Source: an uncultured Chloroflexia bacterium
GTDB taxonomy: Bacteria > Chloroflexota > Limnocylindria > Limnocylindrales > CSP1-4
DNA: 64,000 nucleotides
Direction: 5' to 3'
NCBI GenBank assembly: GCA_963766735.1
Contig: CAVYBU010000002.1
Location: forward strand, 96,001-160,000
Shown here: piece by piece, positions 10,515 to 20,541 of the stretch
Layout: every line of letters starts with the position of its first letter
How positions within the stretch are numbered: position 1 is the first letter of the stretch
The notes under the pieces: generated by a model
Seen by the model: the letters and a program-made list of their open reading frames with translations, nothing else
The model's database searches: none
What the model was told of the DNA's origin: nothing
Translations under genes and position numbers: made by a program

Positions 10515-11501
10515 CTACCCGACGACCCGGCGGCGGCGCAGCTCGGCGAACACGAGGTCGGCCAGCGGGGTGTCCGTGGACAGGGGCACGTACGAGGCGC
10601 GGCGCTTGGCAGCGACGTCGGCGAGGCTCTCCTGCCAGGCGGCCAGGCGTGCCTTGTAGTCGTCGAGCGTGGCGAGGTCAACCGTGACGTCGATGCCCTC
10701 ACGGCTCTCGCTGTCCACCAGCTTCAGGTCGCCCTCGAGCGGTGGGTCCAGCTCGTCCGGGGACAGCGCATGGAGCACGATCAGCTCGGAGCCTGTGGCC
10801 GCCAGCTCCCGGATGACGCGGTCCGCGCCGGGGTCCAGCAGGTCCGAGATCAGGACGATGACGCCGCGGCCGGGCAGCATCGCGGCGGCGTGGCGGGCGC
10901 TGGCCACGAGGTCCGTGGCACCCTGATCGGGCTGGATCCCGGACAGGTTGGCCAGCAGCCGGAACACCCGCCCGGAGCCGCGCAGGCCGCCCTGTCGCCG
11001 CGCCGTCCGGCCGGTGAGCGCTGCGACGACCACCCGGTCCTCGCCGGCGAGGGCGACGTAGCCCAGGGCCGCCGCCGCCCGCTTCGCAAACAGCAGCTTC
11101 TGCGGCTTCCCGAAGGCCATGGACGGGCTGGCGTCGACGAGGAACGTGATCGTGACGTCCTCCTCCTCGATGAATAGCTTGACGAACAGCTTCTCCAGGC
11201 GTGCGTAGACGTTCCAGTCCAGCTGGCGCAGGTCGTCGCCGAGGGTGTAGTCACGGTAGTCGGCAAACTCCACGGACTGCCCACGCTTGACGCTCCGGCG
11301 ACCACCCTTCAGCCCTCCCCGGACGGGCTGCTTCATGAGCACGTCGAGGCGCTCGAGCTGGCGCAGAAAGCCCTCGTCGAAGACCGTTGGATCCAGGGCG
11401 TTGGGGAGGAACGCCCGAGTGCCCGCCGGCCGCGGGGCGACGGGTTCATCCGGGGCCCGTTCGGCGGGCGGCTCGGTCGGCGGCGGGGAGGGGAGCGTCA
11501 T
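10515..11501 (-). CDS. DUF58 family protein
   Basis: GQSVEFADYRDYTLGDDLRQLDWN, DASPSM and LISD motifs. Confidence 0.92.
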   Translation of the reverse strand: MTLPSPPPTEPPAERAPDEPVAPRPAGTRAFLPNALDPTVFDEGFLRQLERLDVLMKQPVRGGLKGGRRSVKRGQSVEFADYRDYTLGDDLRQLDWNVYARLEKLFVKLFIEEEDVTITFLVDASPSMAFGKPQKLLFAKRAAAALGYVALAGEDRVVVAALTGRTARRQGGLRGSGRVFRLLANLSGIQPDQGATDLVASARHAAAMLPGRGVIVLISDLLDPGADRVIRELAATGSELIVLHALSPDELDPPLEGDLKLVDSESREGIDVTVDLATLDDYKARLAAWQESLADVAAKRRASYVPLSTDTPLADLVFAELRRRRVVG

Positions 11502-11524
11502 GGATCGCGGGTCGCCTGGCCTGC

Positions 11525-12556
11525 CTATTCGACGGCGGGCGGCGACACCTCGTCCAGGATCGTGCGGACGATGGCCTCGGAGGTGACACCCTCGGCCTCG
11601 CCCTCGAAGTTGAGGATCACGCGGTGTCGAAGCGCCGGCAGTGCCGCCGCCCGGACGTCGTCCACGGACACGTTGAACCGGCCGTCCATGAGCGCCAGGA
11701 TCTTGCCCGCGGCGACGAGCGCCTGGGCCCCGCGCGGGGAGCCGCCGTACCGGACGTACTGGCGCACGAGCGACGGCGCGCGCGTGCTATCCGGGTGCGT
11801 GGCCGCGAGCATCGCCACCGCGTACGCGGTCACGTGCGGTGCGATCGGCACCGCGCGCGCCAGGCGCTGCATCTCGACGATCTCGGCCGCGGTGGTCACG
11901 GGCTTGGCGGTCGGGGCATCTGCGCCGGTCGTCCGGTCAACGATCGAGATCAGGTCGTCCTCGGTGGGGAAGGGGACCATGACCTTGAGCAGGAACCGGT
12001 CCAGCTGGGCCTCCGGGAGGGGGTAGGTCCCCTCCATCTCGAGGGGGTTCTGCGTTGCGAGCACGAAGAACGGGGGGTCCAGCACGTACCGGTTCCGGGC
12101 CACGGTGACCTGGTGCTCCTGCATCGCCTCCAGGAGCGACGACTGGGTCTTGGGCGTCGCGCGGTTGATCTCGTCCGCAAGCACGAGGTTGGCGAATACC
12201 GGGCCCTGCTGGAACCGGAAGACGCGCTGGCCGCCCTCCTCGATCAGGATGTTCGTACCGGTGATGTCGGCCGGCATCAGGTCCGGCGTGAACTGGATCC
12301 TGTTGAACCGGCAGTCGATCACGTCCGCGATCGTCCGGACCAGCAGCGTCTTGCCCAGGCCCGGAACGCCCTCGAGGAGCACGTGGCTGTTGGCGAGCAG
12401 GCCCACGAGCGTCTGGCGGACCAGCTCGCGCTGGCCGACGATGACCTTGCCGACCTCGGCCTCGATGGCCATCGCACGCGCGGCGAAGGCCTCCGGGGCG
12501 AGCCTGACCGTGGCTTCTGGTGCTGCGACGGGCTGCGGGGTGGTGGAAGCGTCCAT
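11525..12556 (-). CDS. MoxR-family AAA+ ATPase
   Basis: GVPGLGKT, RIQFTPDLMPADITG, LADEINRA, EGTYPLPEAQLDRF. Confidence 0.96.
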   Translation of the reverse strand: MDASTTPQPVAAPEATVRLAPEAFAARAMAIEAEVGKVIVGQRELVRQTLVGLLANSHVLLEGVPGLGKTLLVRTIADVIDCRFNRIQFTPDLMPADITGTNILIEEGGQRVFRFQQGPVFANLVLADEINRATPKTQSSLLEAMQEHQVTVARNRYVLDPPFFVLATQNPLEMEGTYPLPEAQLDRFLLKVMVPFPTEDDLISIVDRTTGADAPTAKPVTTAAEIVEMQRLARAVPIAPHVTAYAVAMLAATHPDSTRAPSLVRQYVRYGGSPRGAQALVAAGKILALMDGRFNVSVDDVRAAALPALRHRVILNFEGEAEGVTSEAIVRTILDEVSPPAVE

Positions 12557-12597
12557 GGGTCCTCCGGTTGCGGAGCGAGGGGCCGGCGAGTCGCCGC

Positions 12598-14544
12598 CTA
12601 GTTGCCGGGGTTCAGTGAGCTGAAGTAGTCGCGCACGTAGTCCTTCACCGAAATCGGGACATACGAGCGGTCGAGGGTCGTGAGCGCGTACTGGTAGAAA
12701 TCGCTGTAGACCTGCTGGTAGGGGACGTAGGAGCCGTTGTCGGTCCCCTGGCCCTGCTGGCTGCCCTGCTGGGTCTGACCGTCCCCGCCCGTGCCGGCGA
12801 TGTACGAAGGGTCACCCGGCTTGCCAAGACGATCGAAAGGCGCGAACACGGAACCCAGGTCCTCGCCGAGCTGGGCCGGCCGGTTCGGGTTGATCGGCCC
12901 CCCCGGCTTGCCGTTCGACGTACCGGTGCCGAGGTGGCTGGCGTTGGAGCCGCCCCCGCCGAGCGAGCCGCTGCCTTGCCCCTGGCCCTGGCCCTGCCCC
13001 TGCCCCTGCCCCTGCCCCTGCCCTTGGCCCTGCCCCTGCCCCTGCCCCTGGCCTTGCCCCTGGCCCTGGCCCTGCCCCTGGCCTTGCCCCTGACCCTGCC
13101 CTTGGCCTTGCCCCTGGCCCGGCGAGGCGCCCGGTGAACCGCTGGGTTGGCCGCTCGCCTGCCCGCTGCCCTGCTGCCCGCTGCCCTGCTGCCCACTGCC
13201 CTGCTGGCCGCTGCCCTGCTGGCCGCTGCCCTGCTGGCCGCCGGAGTTCGCCAAGTTGCGCCGGGCGTCCTGCAGGTTGGAGGCGGCGGTGCTGAGGTCA
13301 CGGCTGATCTGCACCCGATTGCCGGCGGCGTCCAGCGCCTCTCCCAGCCGGTTCAGCGCCGCCCTGGCGCCCTCGGTGTCGCCCTGCGCCAGGCTGGAGG
13401 CGGCGTCCTTGAGTGCCTGGCCCGCCGCCCCGTCTGCCTGGCTGGCGGCACCCTGGAGCTGCGCCAGATCGCGTGCGAGATCCTCGCGTTCGGCGTTCGA
13501 CATGTCGTCGACCTTCTCGGCCAGGCCCTCGAGGTCGTCACGGGCCTCCTTCGGGTCCCCGCCGGGGTTCGCCTGGGGATCGCGGCTGGCCGTCCGCGAG
13601 AGGGACCGCGCAAGCGACGCGAGCGAGGCCGACCGCTGCTCGTTGGCCGGGTCAAGCTGGGCTCGCACGTCATCCTCAACGGCACCCAGTCGGGCGAGGT
13701 TGAGGTCCAGGTCACCCGGGTTCATCCGCAGCCGCTCGGCCAGCTCCCGGAGCTCCGCCGCCAGCTGCGTGCGGGGATCGTTTGCATCGGCGCCCTTGCC
13801 TTCGAGGTCCTTGGCGACCTCGTCGATGCGCTCCGCCTGGCGTTCCGCCTCCTCGCGAACCTCGCGCTGCTGGGCGATCACCAGGTCCTGCGGGTTGGGC
13901 AGGAGAAGGGCTGGCACCACCAGCGAGGCGGCGATCAGCGCGACCAGGGCGGGACGGCGTGACAGCCGTGGGCGGAAGAGTCCGGGGTCCACGGTCCGAA
14001 GCCGTGAGAGCGCGTCGCGCCGCTGACGGCGGATGAAACGGGCCTCCGCGTCGTGGAGATCGAACGACGGCCCGACGGCGATGGTGTCGTCGTCGCCGGC
14101 CGCGGCGGGTCCCGCGGTGGACGGCATCGAGCCCGCGAAGGCGAGCGCGGACGCGACCGCATCGCCGGCCCCTCCCTCGAAGTCAACCGCCAGGGCAGTC
14201 TCGCCGAGCGTCGGTCGCGCCCGGACCACCATGCCGAGCAGGATCAGCAGTCCGAGAATCGGAAGGGCAACCGCGACCAGCGACGCATGCTCGAGCGGAA
14301 CCAGCCGCTGGAGGACGGCCAGCACCAGCTCTGCGCAGGCCACCACGGCCAGCACGGCCCAGCCACGACGGACTGCTCTTCGCAGCCAGAGACGGCGTCG
14401 GTGTGTGGCCAGGCCCAGCCGGATCGCGGTCAGCGACGGGTCGAGTGCGATGCCGAGCGACGCGGGGTCGCCCGGCACGATCGGCCCGTTGGCTGCGGTC
14501 GTGGAGCGGCGGAGCCCCAGGCCGACAGACGGCCGGTTCGGCAT
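12598..14544 (-). CDS. Membrane-anchored coiled-coil protein with Gly-Gln repeats
   Basis: TM segments, long helical region, about 5 GQQGS and about 24 GQ repeats, C-terminal VPY...YVRDYFS; ATG at 14544 overlaps the permease stop. Confidence 0.8.
   Translation of the reverse strand: MPNRPSVGLGLRRSTTAANGPIVPGDPASLGIALDPSLTAIRLGLATHRRRLWLRRAVRRGWAVLAVVACAELVLAVLQRLVPLEHASLVAVALPILGLLILLGMVVRARPTLGETALAVDFEGGAGDAVASALAFAGSMPSTAGPAAAGDDDTIAVGPSFDLHDAEARFIRRQRRDALSRLRTVDPGLFRPRLSRRPALVALIAASLVVPALLLPNPQDLVIAQQREVREEAERQAERIDEVAKDLEGKGADANDPRTQLAAELRELAERLRMNPGDLDLNLARLGAVEDDVRAQLDPANEQRSASLASLARSLSRTASRDPQANPGGDPKEARDDLEGLAEKVDDMSNAEREDLARDLAQLQGAASQADGAAGQALKDAASSLAQGDTEGARAALNRLGEALDAAGNRVQISRDLSTAASNLQDARRNLANSGGQQGSGQQGSGQQGSGQQGSGQQGSGQASGQPSGSPGASPGQGQGQGQGQGQGQGQGQGQGQGQGQGQGQGQGQGQGQGQGQGQGQGQGSGSLGGGGSNASHLGTGTSNGKPGGPINPNRPAQLGEDLGSVFAPFDRLGKPGDPSYIAGTGGDGQTQQGSQQGQGTDNGSYVPYQQVYSDFYQYALTTLDRSYVPISVKDYVRDYFSSLNPGN
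12976..13240. repeat. Coding low-complexity repeats: 6-bp units encoding (GQ)n and 15-bp units encoding GQQGS
   Basis: Runs of ccctgc/ccttgg/cctggc and gctgccctgctggcc-type units with synonymous variation. Confidence 0.9.
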
Positions 14545-15572
14545 CACGCGTCGCCCCGCGCCTGCCGGCGGCGGAGATGCGGCAAGTGGAGGCGCCAGCG
14601 CCGGGTCGGCGACACGAGCTGGACGGACAGGATGATGAGCACGACCGAGATCGCGCCCATCGCGGCCAGGCTGCGGGGCCAGTAGCTGTCGCGGGGGATC
14701 CCGAACTGCTGGTCCCCGACCGAGTTCTGGCTGGTCACGCCGCTGATGATCGAGCAGGCGCCGCCGAACCCGGTCTCCGTGCCGCAGATCACGTCGATCT
14801 GGGCGACGAACGGGTTGAACCACATCAAGGCCTCGGGTGGCCGTTGGGTGAGCGACTCCAGCGGCCCGACATCACGCTGACCCTGGTCCAGACGGCCGCC
14901 GTTGCTGCCGACCATCGCAAACCAGAACACGAACAGGAACGTCGTCCCGGCGGTGAGCGCGATCGCGGCCACGAGGTTGATGACCGTGGCGGCCTGGGTT
15001 CGCTTCACGAGCGCCGAGACGAACAGCCCGAGCGCGCCGAAGAAGAACGCGGTCCCAACCAGCACGACGTAGCCCTTGACCATGTCGTCCGGGCCGACGC
15101 CACCGAACGTGAACACGAGCGCGGTCACCGGGATCGAGGCCAGGATCAGAAGGAAGACCCAGGTCAGCGCCGACAGCAGCTTGCCCAGCACGATCGCCAG
15201 CGAGGAGATGGGCGTCGTGACGAGCAGGTCAAGGGTCTGCTTCTCGCGCTCGAGGCTGATCGCCCCCGCGGTGGACGCCGGTGCCAGCACCAGCACGATG
15301 AGGGTGAGGAGCATGAGCAGGGCGGTGAACATCTGTCGCCCGATCTCGGCCGACGCGGAGATGGAGCCGCCGAACCCGCCTGAGAAGGACCGCTCGGCGA
15401 TCGACTCGATCATCCAGGCGAAGCCGGCGATGAGCAGCAGGTGGATCGTGAGCACCACGAAGGCGCGCCGGCCGCGCATGCGGCCGCGAAGCTCCTTGAC
15501 ACCCACGGCGGCGATGCCCGTGCCGACGTCGCGCAGGGCGCCGAGGCGGCGGGGTCGTGCGATGGCGGTCAT
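14544..15572 (-). CDS. ABC-2 type transporter permease
   Basis: KELR...AGAISLEREKQTLDLLVTTP...GKL motif; multiple TM segments. Confidence 0.9.
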   Translation of the reverse strand: MTAIARPRRLGALRDVGTGIAAVGVKELRGRMRGRRAFVVLTIHLLLIAGFAWMIESIAERSFSGGFGGSISASAEIGRQMFTALLMLLTLIVLVLAPASTAGAISLEREKQTLDLLVTTPISSLAIVLGKLLSALTWVFLLILASIPVTALVFTFGGVGPDDMVKGYVVLVGTAFFFGALGLFVSALVKRTQAATVINLVAAIALTAGTTFLFVFWFAMVGSNGGRLDQGQRDVGPLESLTQRPPEALMWFNPFVAQIDVICGTETGFGGACSIISGVTSQNSVGDQQFGIPRDSYWPRSLAAMGAISVVLIILSVQLVSPTRRWRLHLPHLRRRQARGDA

Positions 15573-16534
15573 GACGGCACCGTCGTCGGGACCGGATCAG
15601 GCGCCGTCACCTGGAGGAACAGCTCCTCGAGGTCGCTCGCGGCGCGGGAGAACGTGGCGACCCGGAGGCCCGCCCCGACGGCCGCCGCCAGGAGGCGGCT
15701 GGAGCCCTCGTCGTCACCGTGAAAGCCGATCTCGACCTGTCCGTCTCCCAGGAGGTCTGCGGTCACCACGTCCGGCTGGAGGGCGAACCAGGCACGCGCG
15801 GCCTCGTGGGCATCCTGCTCGCCCAGGACGCGGACGCGGAACACGGCCCCCACCCGGAGGCGCCTCTCGATATCCGCCACGCGCCCCTGGGCAAGCACCT
15901 GGCCGCGGTCGATGATCGCCACGGACGTGCACAGCTCCTCGAGCTCGGGGAGGATGTGGGACGAGACGAGGATGGTCTTGCCCAGCGACCGCAACTCCCG
16001 CAGCAACTCCCGCAGCTCCACCCGGGCGCGCGGGTCGAGGCCGGACGCCGGCTCGTCGAGGAGCAGCACGGCCGGATCGTGAACGAGGGCGTGTGCGAGG
16101 CACAGGCGCTGCTGCATGCCGCGCGAGAGACCCGCGACGTATGTGTCGCGCCTGGGACCCAGGTCCACCAGCTCCAGCAGGTCGCCGATCATGCGCCGCC
16201 GCCGATCGGCGCTGATGCCATAGCACCGGGCGAAGAAGTCCAGGTACTCCCAGACCTTCATGTCGTCGTACACCCCGAACGAGTCCGGCATGAACCCGAG
16301 GACGCGTCGCACGTCGTTCGGGTTGCTGCGCACGGATGCTCCGGCGATCTCCGCGTCGCCGCTGTCGGGGACGAGGAGCGTGGCCAGGATCTTGAGCGTC
16401 GTGGTCTTGCCGGCACCGTTCGGGCCGACCAGGCCGAAGATCTCGCCCTGGGCAATGTCGAGGTCCAGGCCGGCGACCGCGAGGGTCCGGTCGTAGCGCT
16501 TGACGAGGCCGGTGGCCCGCACGATCCCGCTCAT
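15569..16534 (-). CDS. ABC transporter ATP-binding protein
   Basis: GPNGAGKTT, LSRGMQQR, LLLDEP and SSH motifs. Confidence 0.95.
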   Translation of the reverse strand: MSGIVRATGLVKRYDRTLAVAGLDLDIAQGEIFGLVGPNGAGKTTTLKILATLLVPDSGDAEIAGASVRSNPNDVRRVLGFMPDSFGVYDDMKVWEYLDFFARCYGISADRRRRMIGDLLELVDLGPRRDTYVAGLSRGMQQRLCLAHALVHDPAVLLLDEPASGLDPRARVELRELLRELRSLGKTILVSSHILPELEELCTSVAIIDRGQVLAQGRVADIERRLRVGAVFRVRVLGEQDAHEAARAWFALQPDVVTADLLGDGQVEIGFHGDDEGSSRLLAAAVGAGLRVATFSRAASDLEELFLQVTAPDPVPTTVPS

Positions 16535-18981
16535 CGGATGGTTCCCTCGAGCACGACCGGGAACTGGAACCCGGTGCCGTCCTGGCGCGAGTTGACGAAC
16601 CTGACCTGGAGCTCGCCGCTCGCCGGGTCCACCCACCGGCCGGGGTCCGCGAGCTCGTAGGCCGTGGCCTGGCGCAGGTGCTCGAACTGCACCCAGGCGC
16701 CGGTGCGGACGTCGAGGACCTCCAGCTCGGGCAGGCCGTCCTGGGGGAGCACGCACCCCTCCGTCCCCGGATCACAGCGGACCGTCTCCTTGAGGGCCGC
16801 GGGCACCCCGGCGGGCATGCTCGTGTCGCCGCCGAACGTCATGGCCAGCAGGACCGCCGTCGGGTCGAACGTGCCCTCGAAGGGAATGGGCCGGAACGCC
16901 ATCCGCACGTCGCCGGTCCCGAAGCTGATCGTCCACGGGTCCTTGTTGAAGAAGTTGGCGTTCACCTCCACCACGCTCGCGCGGAGCAGGTCATCGCGGA
17001 ACACGGCCTTGCCCCTGACTGCGAGCGGGATCGGCACCTGGTACAGGACGTTGGCCTGGCGGCGGATCTGCTGGCCCTCGATCTCGATCGGGACGACCGG
17101 GTCGGAGCCCCAGGCGAGGAGCATCGCGGAGTCGCCGGCCAGCGAGGATGGGAACCCTGTCATCGGATCGATGGAGATCTGGTCGATCACCGAGCGGCGG
17201 ACGATCCTGCGCTGGTCCTCCTCGGACATCGTCATGCCGTCCCAGTTCGGCTGGCCGACCACCTTGTCCGACAGGGACGTCTGGTTGATCCAGTTGTTGC
17301 TGATGGCCATGCTCACGTCGGCGGTCTCGCCCGGGGCCAGGTCCTTGAGCTGGGTGGCAGATGACCCCAGCACGACGGCGGCGTCGAGCAGCGTCCGTCC
17401 GGAGCGGTTGGTGACGGTGCCGATGATCCGGCCGTCCTCCAGGCGCAGGTCCCCGTCGATCACGGGACCCGTGGCACCCGCCTCTGCGCGAAGGACGCGC
17501 AGGGACCCGAAGCCGACGGCGAGGTCGCGGATCCGTGACGGATCTCCCTGGAGGATGTCGAGCGCGCCCGCCGTCCCCGTGCCGAACATGTCGCCATTCA
17601 TGGGGGCGGCCAGGAGTGCCTCACCTGGGACCCGCACCTGGAACGTCGCCCGCGATGGGCTGAAGATGCCGAGATACGACTGGACAGTTGCCCGGTCCGT
17701 GCCCTGTGCTCCGCGGACGATCGCAACCTCGTGGACGATCACGTCGGAGCCTCGCAGGAGCGCCCCGATCCCGAACGAGCCCACGGTGAAGACCACGATC
17801 AGCGCCGGCACCGTGAACCACGCCCACTCCCGCCGGTCGAGCCGGCGCAGGACGATGTAGTTGACCGGACCGACCAGCAGGATGTATCCGAACAGCAGGA
17901 CGAGCAGTCCGCCGATCGGTGGCAGCGCGAGGCTGGGCAGGTTGGACACCGCGGACGCGATGGTCGAATCGTCCGTCAGCGAGACGATGCCGCCGGACCG
18001 GGGCGGCAGCAGGCGGCGCCACAGCGGGCTGTCGATGGTGTCGCCCTTTGCGATCCAGGGCGTGGTCGGGTCGAAGCCGAGCAGCGTGACCGACCCGGCC
18101 CCGACCCGCTTGTCGGCCGCGACGACGCGGTCACCGGACGTTGCCAGCGCGCTGCCCCCGATGAGGTCTCCGGCGTAGGCCGTGAGCGCCCCGGCATCGG
18201 GCGGTATGGTGCCCAGCAGCGGTCGCAGCACGGACGGATCGATGTCGCGGGTGCCCGTTGGGCGGTAGGGGAGCAGATCGTCCGGAAAGGCGGTCAGCGC
18301 GTCCGCTCCCGCGGTGCCGCCGATGATCACCAGGCGCCCGCCGCCCGACACCCACGTCCTCAGCGCGGCGAGCTGGCCGAAGGTGAGGCCCGATGCATCC
18401 GTGTCCTGCCAGATCAGGCGGTCGAGGGCCGACCAGGCCTGGATCCGATCGGGCAGGTCGCTCGCCGAGAGCGGGATGATCGTCGGCTGGGTGCCGTTCT
18501 GGTTCGGCAGCAGGTCCAGCTCGCCTACGATCCTGGCCGGGTTCTCGGAGACGACGCCGACGACCAGCTGGCCTTGGTCGTGCAGTGCGACCGCCACCTT
18601 CGACTCGGCCACCACCGTGGTTCCGTCGACCAGCTGGACGGTCATGGTGCCGCCGAACGTAGGTGGCTGGGCATACAGGAGGTACTGCTTCCGGGATCCC
18701 GTGGCCAGCTCGACAGGAGTGCCGAACCGTGTCTTCGAGTCCACGCCGCCACTGATCCGAAGCTCGCCGGACACGGCGGGTCCGGGGTTCTCGATATCCA
18801 CGGCGACCGCGAACCAGGAGCCGGTGCGGACGTGACCCTGGAGGAGGGCCCGCGCGGTCATGGTGAACCCGTCGGCCGCGACGACCGCCGGCGCCGCGGG
18901 TAGCAGAACGAGGAGCGTCAGGAGAGCCGCGATGAGGCCGGAGGTCAGGCGGGCAGAACGGGGGTTGCGGCGCGGCGGCAC
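16531..18981 (-). CDS. Large exported/membrane protein with a GATase-like domain (first gene of the ABC-MoxR-VWA operon)
   Basis: Signal peptide, WVSGGGRLVIIGG, internal TM pair (GPVNY...RREWAWFTVP); GTG preceded by a GAGGAG RBS. Confidence 0.8.
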   Translation of the reverse strand: MPPRRNPRSARLTSGLIAALLTLLVLLPAAPAVVAADGFTMTARALLQGHVRTGSWFAVAVDIENPGPAVSGELRISGGVDSKTRFGTPVELATGSRKQYLLYAQPPTFGGTMTVQLVDGTTVVAESKVAVALHDQGQLVVGVVSENPARIVGELDLLPNQNGTQPTIIPLSASDLPDRIQAWSALDRLIWQDTDASGLTFGQLAALRTWVSGGGRLVIIGGTAGADALTAFPDDLLPYRPTGTRDIDPSVLRPLLGTIPPDAGALTAYAGDLIGGSALATSGDRVVAADKRVGAGSVTLLGFDPTTPWIAKGDTIDSPLWRRLLPPRSGGIVSLTDDSTIASAVSNLPSLALPPIGGLLVLLFGYILLVGPVNYIVLRRLDRREWAWFTVPALIVVFTVGSFGIGALLRGSDVIVHEVAIVRGAQGTDRATVQSYLGIFSPSRATFQVRVPGEALLAAPMNGDMFGTGTAGALDILQGDPSRIRDLAVGFGSLRVLRAEAGATGPVIDGDLRLEDGRIIGTVTNRSGRTLLDAAVVLGSSATQLKDLAPGETADVSMAISNNWINQTSLSDKVVGQPNWDGMTMSEEDQRRIVRRSVIDQISIDPMTGFPSSLAGDSAMLLAWGSDPVVPIEIEGQQIRRQANVLYQVPIPLAVRGKAVFRDDLLRASVVEVNANFFNKDPWTISFGTGDVRMAFRPIPFEGTFDPTAVLLAMTFGGDTSMPAGVPAALKETVRCDPGTEGCVLPQDGLPELEVLDVRTGAWVQFEHLRQATAYELADPGRWVDPASGELQVRFVNSRQDGTGFQFPVVLEGTIR

Positions 18982-19022
18982 TCGGGCTCCTCGGCCATGG
19001 GCGGCGGGTCGGTTTGAACCTC

Positions 19023-19049
19023 GACGCGCGGACTGCCCGAAAAGTTGCA
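19023..19049 (-). promoter_or_regulatory. Putative ECF-sigma promoter TGCAAC-N17-CGTC
   Basis: Minus strand gTGCAACttttcgggcagtccgcgCGTCga, about 40 nt upstream of the operon start. Confidence 0.5.
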
Positions 19050-19211
19050 CGCCCCGTGTTCCCTCCGCGACCGGCCCCGGCTGCCCCGTGGTGGCCGTCC
19101 GCCCGCGCCTATCGTACGATGCGGGAGCCCCGGGACCGATCACGCCGCCCTGTGCCCGGCACCGCCGGCGAGATCACCGCCGCGCCCGACATCCGCGACC
19201 CAGAGGAACTC

Positions 19212-20525
19212 GTGCCCGACATCAGACCCTTCCGCGCGCTCCGCTACGACCTCGAGATCGCCGGTGATCCGTCGGCGCTCGTGGCTCCCCCGTACGACGT
19301 CATCGGCCCGGACCTCCACCGGGAGCTGCTCGCTCGCCATCCGCACAACGTGGTGAGGCTGGACCTGCCGCAGGTGGATTCCGGCGAGGACCCGGACGAG
19401 CGGTACCGCAGGGTTGCCAGGACCCTCGGGACCTGGCGCCAGGACGGCACGCTGCGCAAGGACCCGCGGCCCTCGATCTACGTCTACGAGCAGGCCTATC
19501 GCGTGCCCGGCACCGAGGTTGACCGCAGGCAACGGGGGTTCTTCGCTCGCCTGCGGATCGAGCCGTTCGGCCCCGGCAGCGGCGTGCTGCCGCATGAGAA
19601 GACCCTCTCCGGACCGAAGGAGGACCGGTACCGGCTGCTCCGCGCGGCCGGCATCAACACCTCTCCCGTGGTGGGGCTGTACGAGGACGAGGGGCGCACG
19701 GCCGCCTCCGCGCTGACGGCCATTGCCGCCGGGATCCCGGACATGGACATCACCGACGATGACGGAGTGCGGCATCGCCTCTGGGCCGCGCCGGACGATG
19801 GCGAGGAGTCCCTTGCCGCGAGCCTGTGTGCAACGGCCGCGGCTGGCCCCGTGTTCATCGCGGACGGCCACCATCGCTACGAGACCGCGATCCGCTACCG
19901 CGACGAGCGGCGCGCCAACCACACCGGCGAAGAGGACCCGGCGTACGACTTCATCCTGATGCTGTTCCTCGACGCTGCGGACGCGCTGACCGTGCTGCCG
20001 ACGCATCGCGTGGTCCGGGGGCTGGGCGATGCGGGGCTGGCAAGGCTCCGGGACGGACTGTCGCAGCTGTTCACTGTTACGCCCTCGACGAGCGAGGCAC
20101 TGGTCGAGCGGTTCGGGGCGGCCGGCGGCCTGGCCGGCGGCGAAGGGCGGTTCGGGCTGCTGACGCGGGACGGAGCATGGTTCCTGGACGCGAAGCGGGA
20201 CGCCTTCGCCGGGTTCGGATCCGGCGGCGCAGCCGTCGGCGCCCTGGACGTCTCGCTCCTCGCAGCTGCGCTCGAGGCTCTCCTGGAGATCGACGCCGCA
20301 GCCGTGGCCGGCGGTCAGCGGATTGCCTACACCAAGTCCGTGCTCGAGGCAGCGGCGCTCGTAGCCGGCGGAGACGACGGCGCCGATGCCGCCTTCCTGC
20401 TGGAGCCGACTCCGGTGGCGTCCATCCTTGCCGTGGCCCGCGACGGCGACGTGATGCCGCAGAAATCCACGTACTTCTACCCCAAGGCCCTCACCGGTCT
20501 CGTGCTCAGCCCGCACGAGTGGTAG
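19212..20525 (+). CDS. DUF1015 family protein
   Basis: PDIRPFRALRY, APPYDVI, PHEKT, IADGHHRY, MPQKSTYFYPK. Confidence 0.92.
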   Translation: MPDIRPFRALRYDLEIAGDPSALVAPPYDVIGPDLHRELLARHPHNVVRLDLPQVDSGEDPDERYRRVARTLGTWRQDGTLRKDPRPSIYVYEQAYRVPGTEVDRRQRGFFARLRIEPFGPGSGVLPHEKTLSGPKEDRYRLLRAAGINTSPVVGLYEDEGRTAASALTAIAAGIPDMDITDDDGVRHRLWAAPDDGEESLAASLCATAAAGPVFIADGHHRYETAIRYRDERRANHTGEEDPAYDFILMLFLDAADALTVLPTHRVVRGLGDAGLARLRDGLSQLFTVTPSTSEALVERFGAAGGLAGGEGRFGLLTRDGAWFLDAKRDAFAGFGSGGAAVGALDVSLLAAALEALLEIDAAAVAGGQRIAYTKSVLEAAALVAGGDDGADAAFLLEPTPVASILAVARDGDVMPQKSTYFYPKALTGLVLSPHEW

Positions 20526-20541
20526 GCGGAGGAACGGATCG

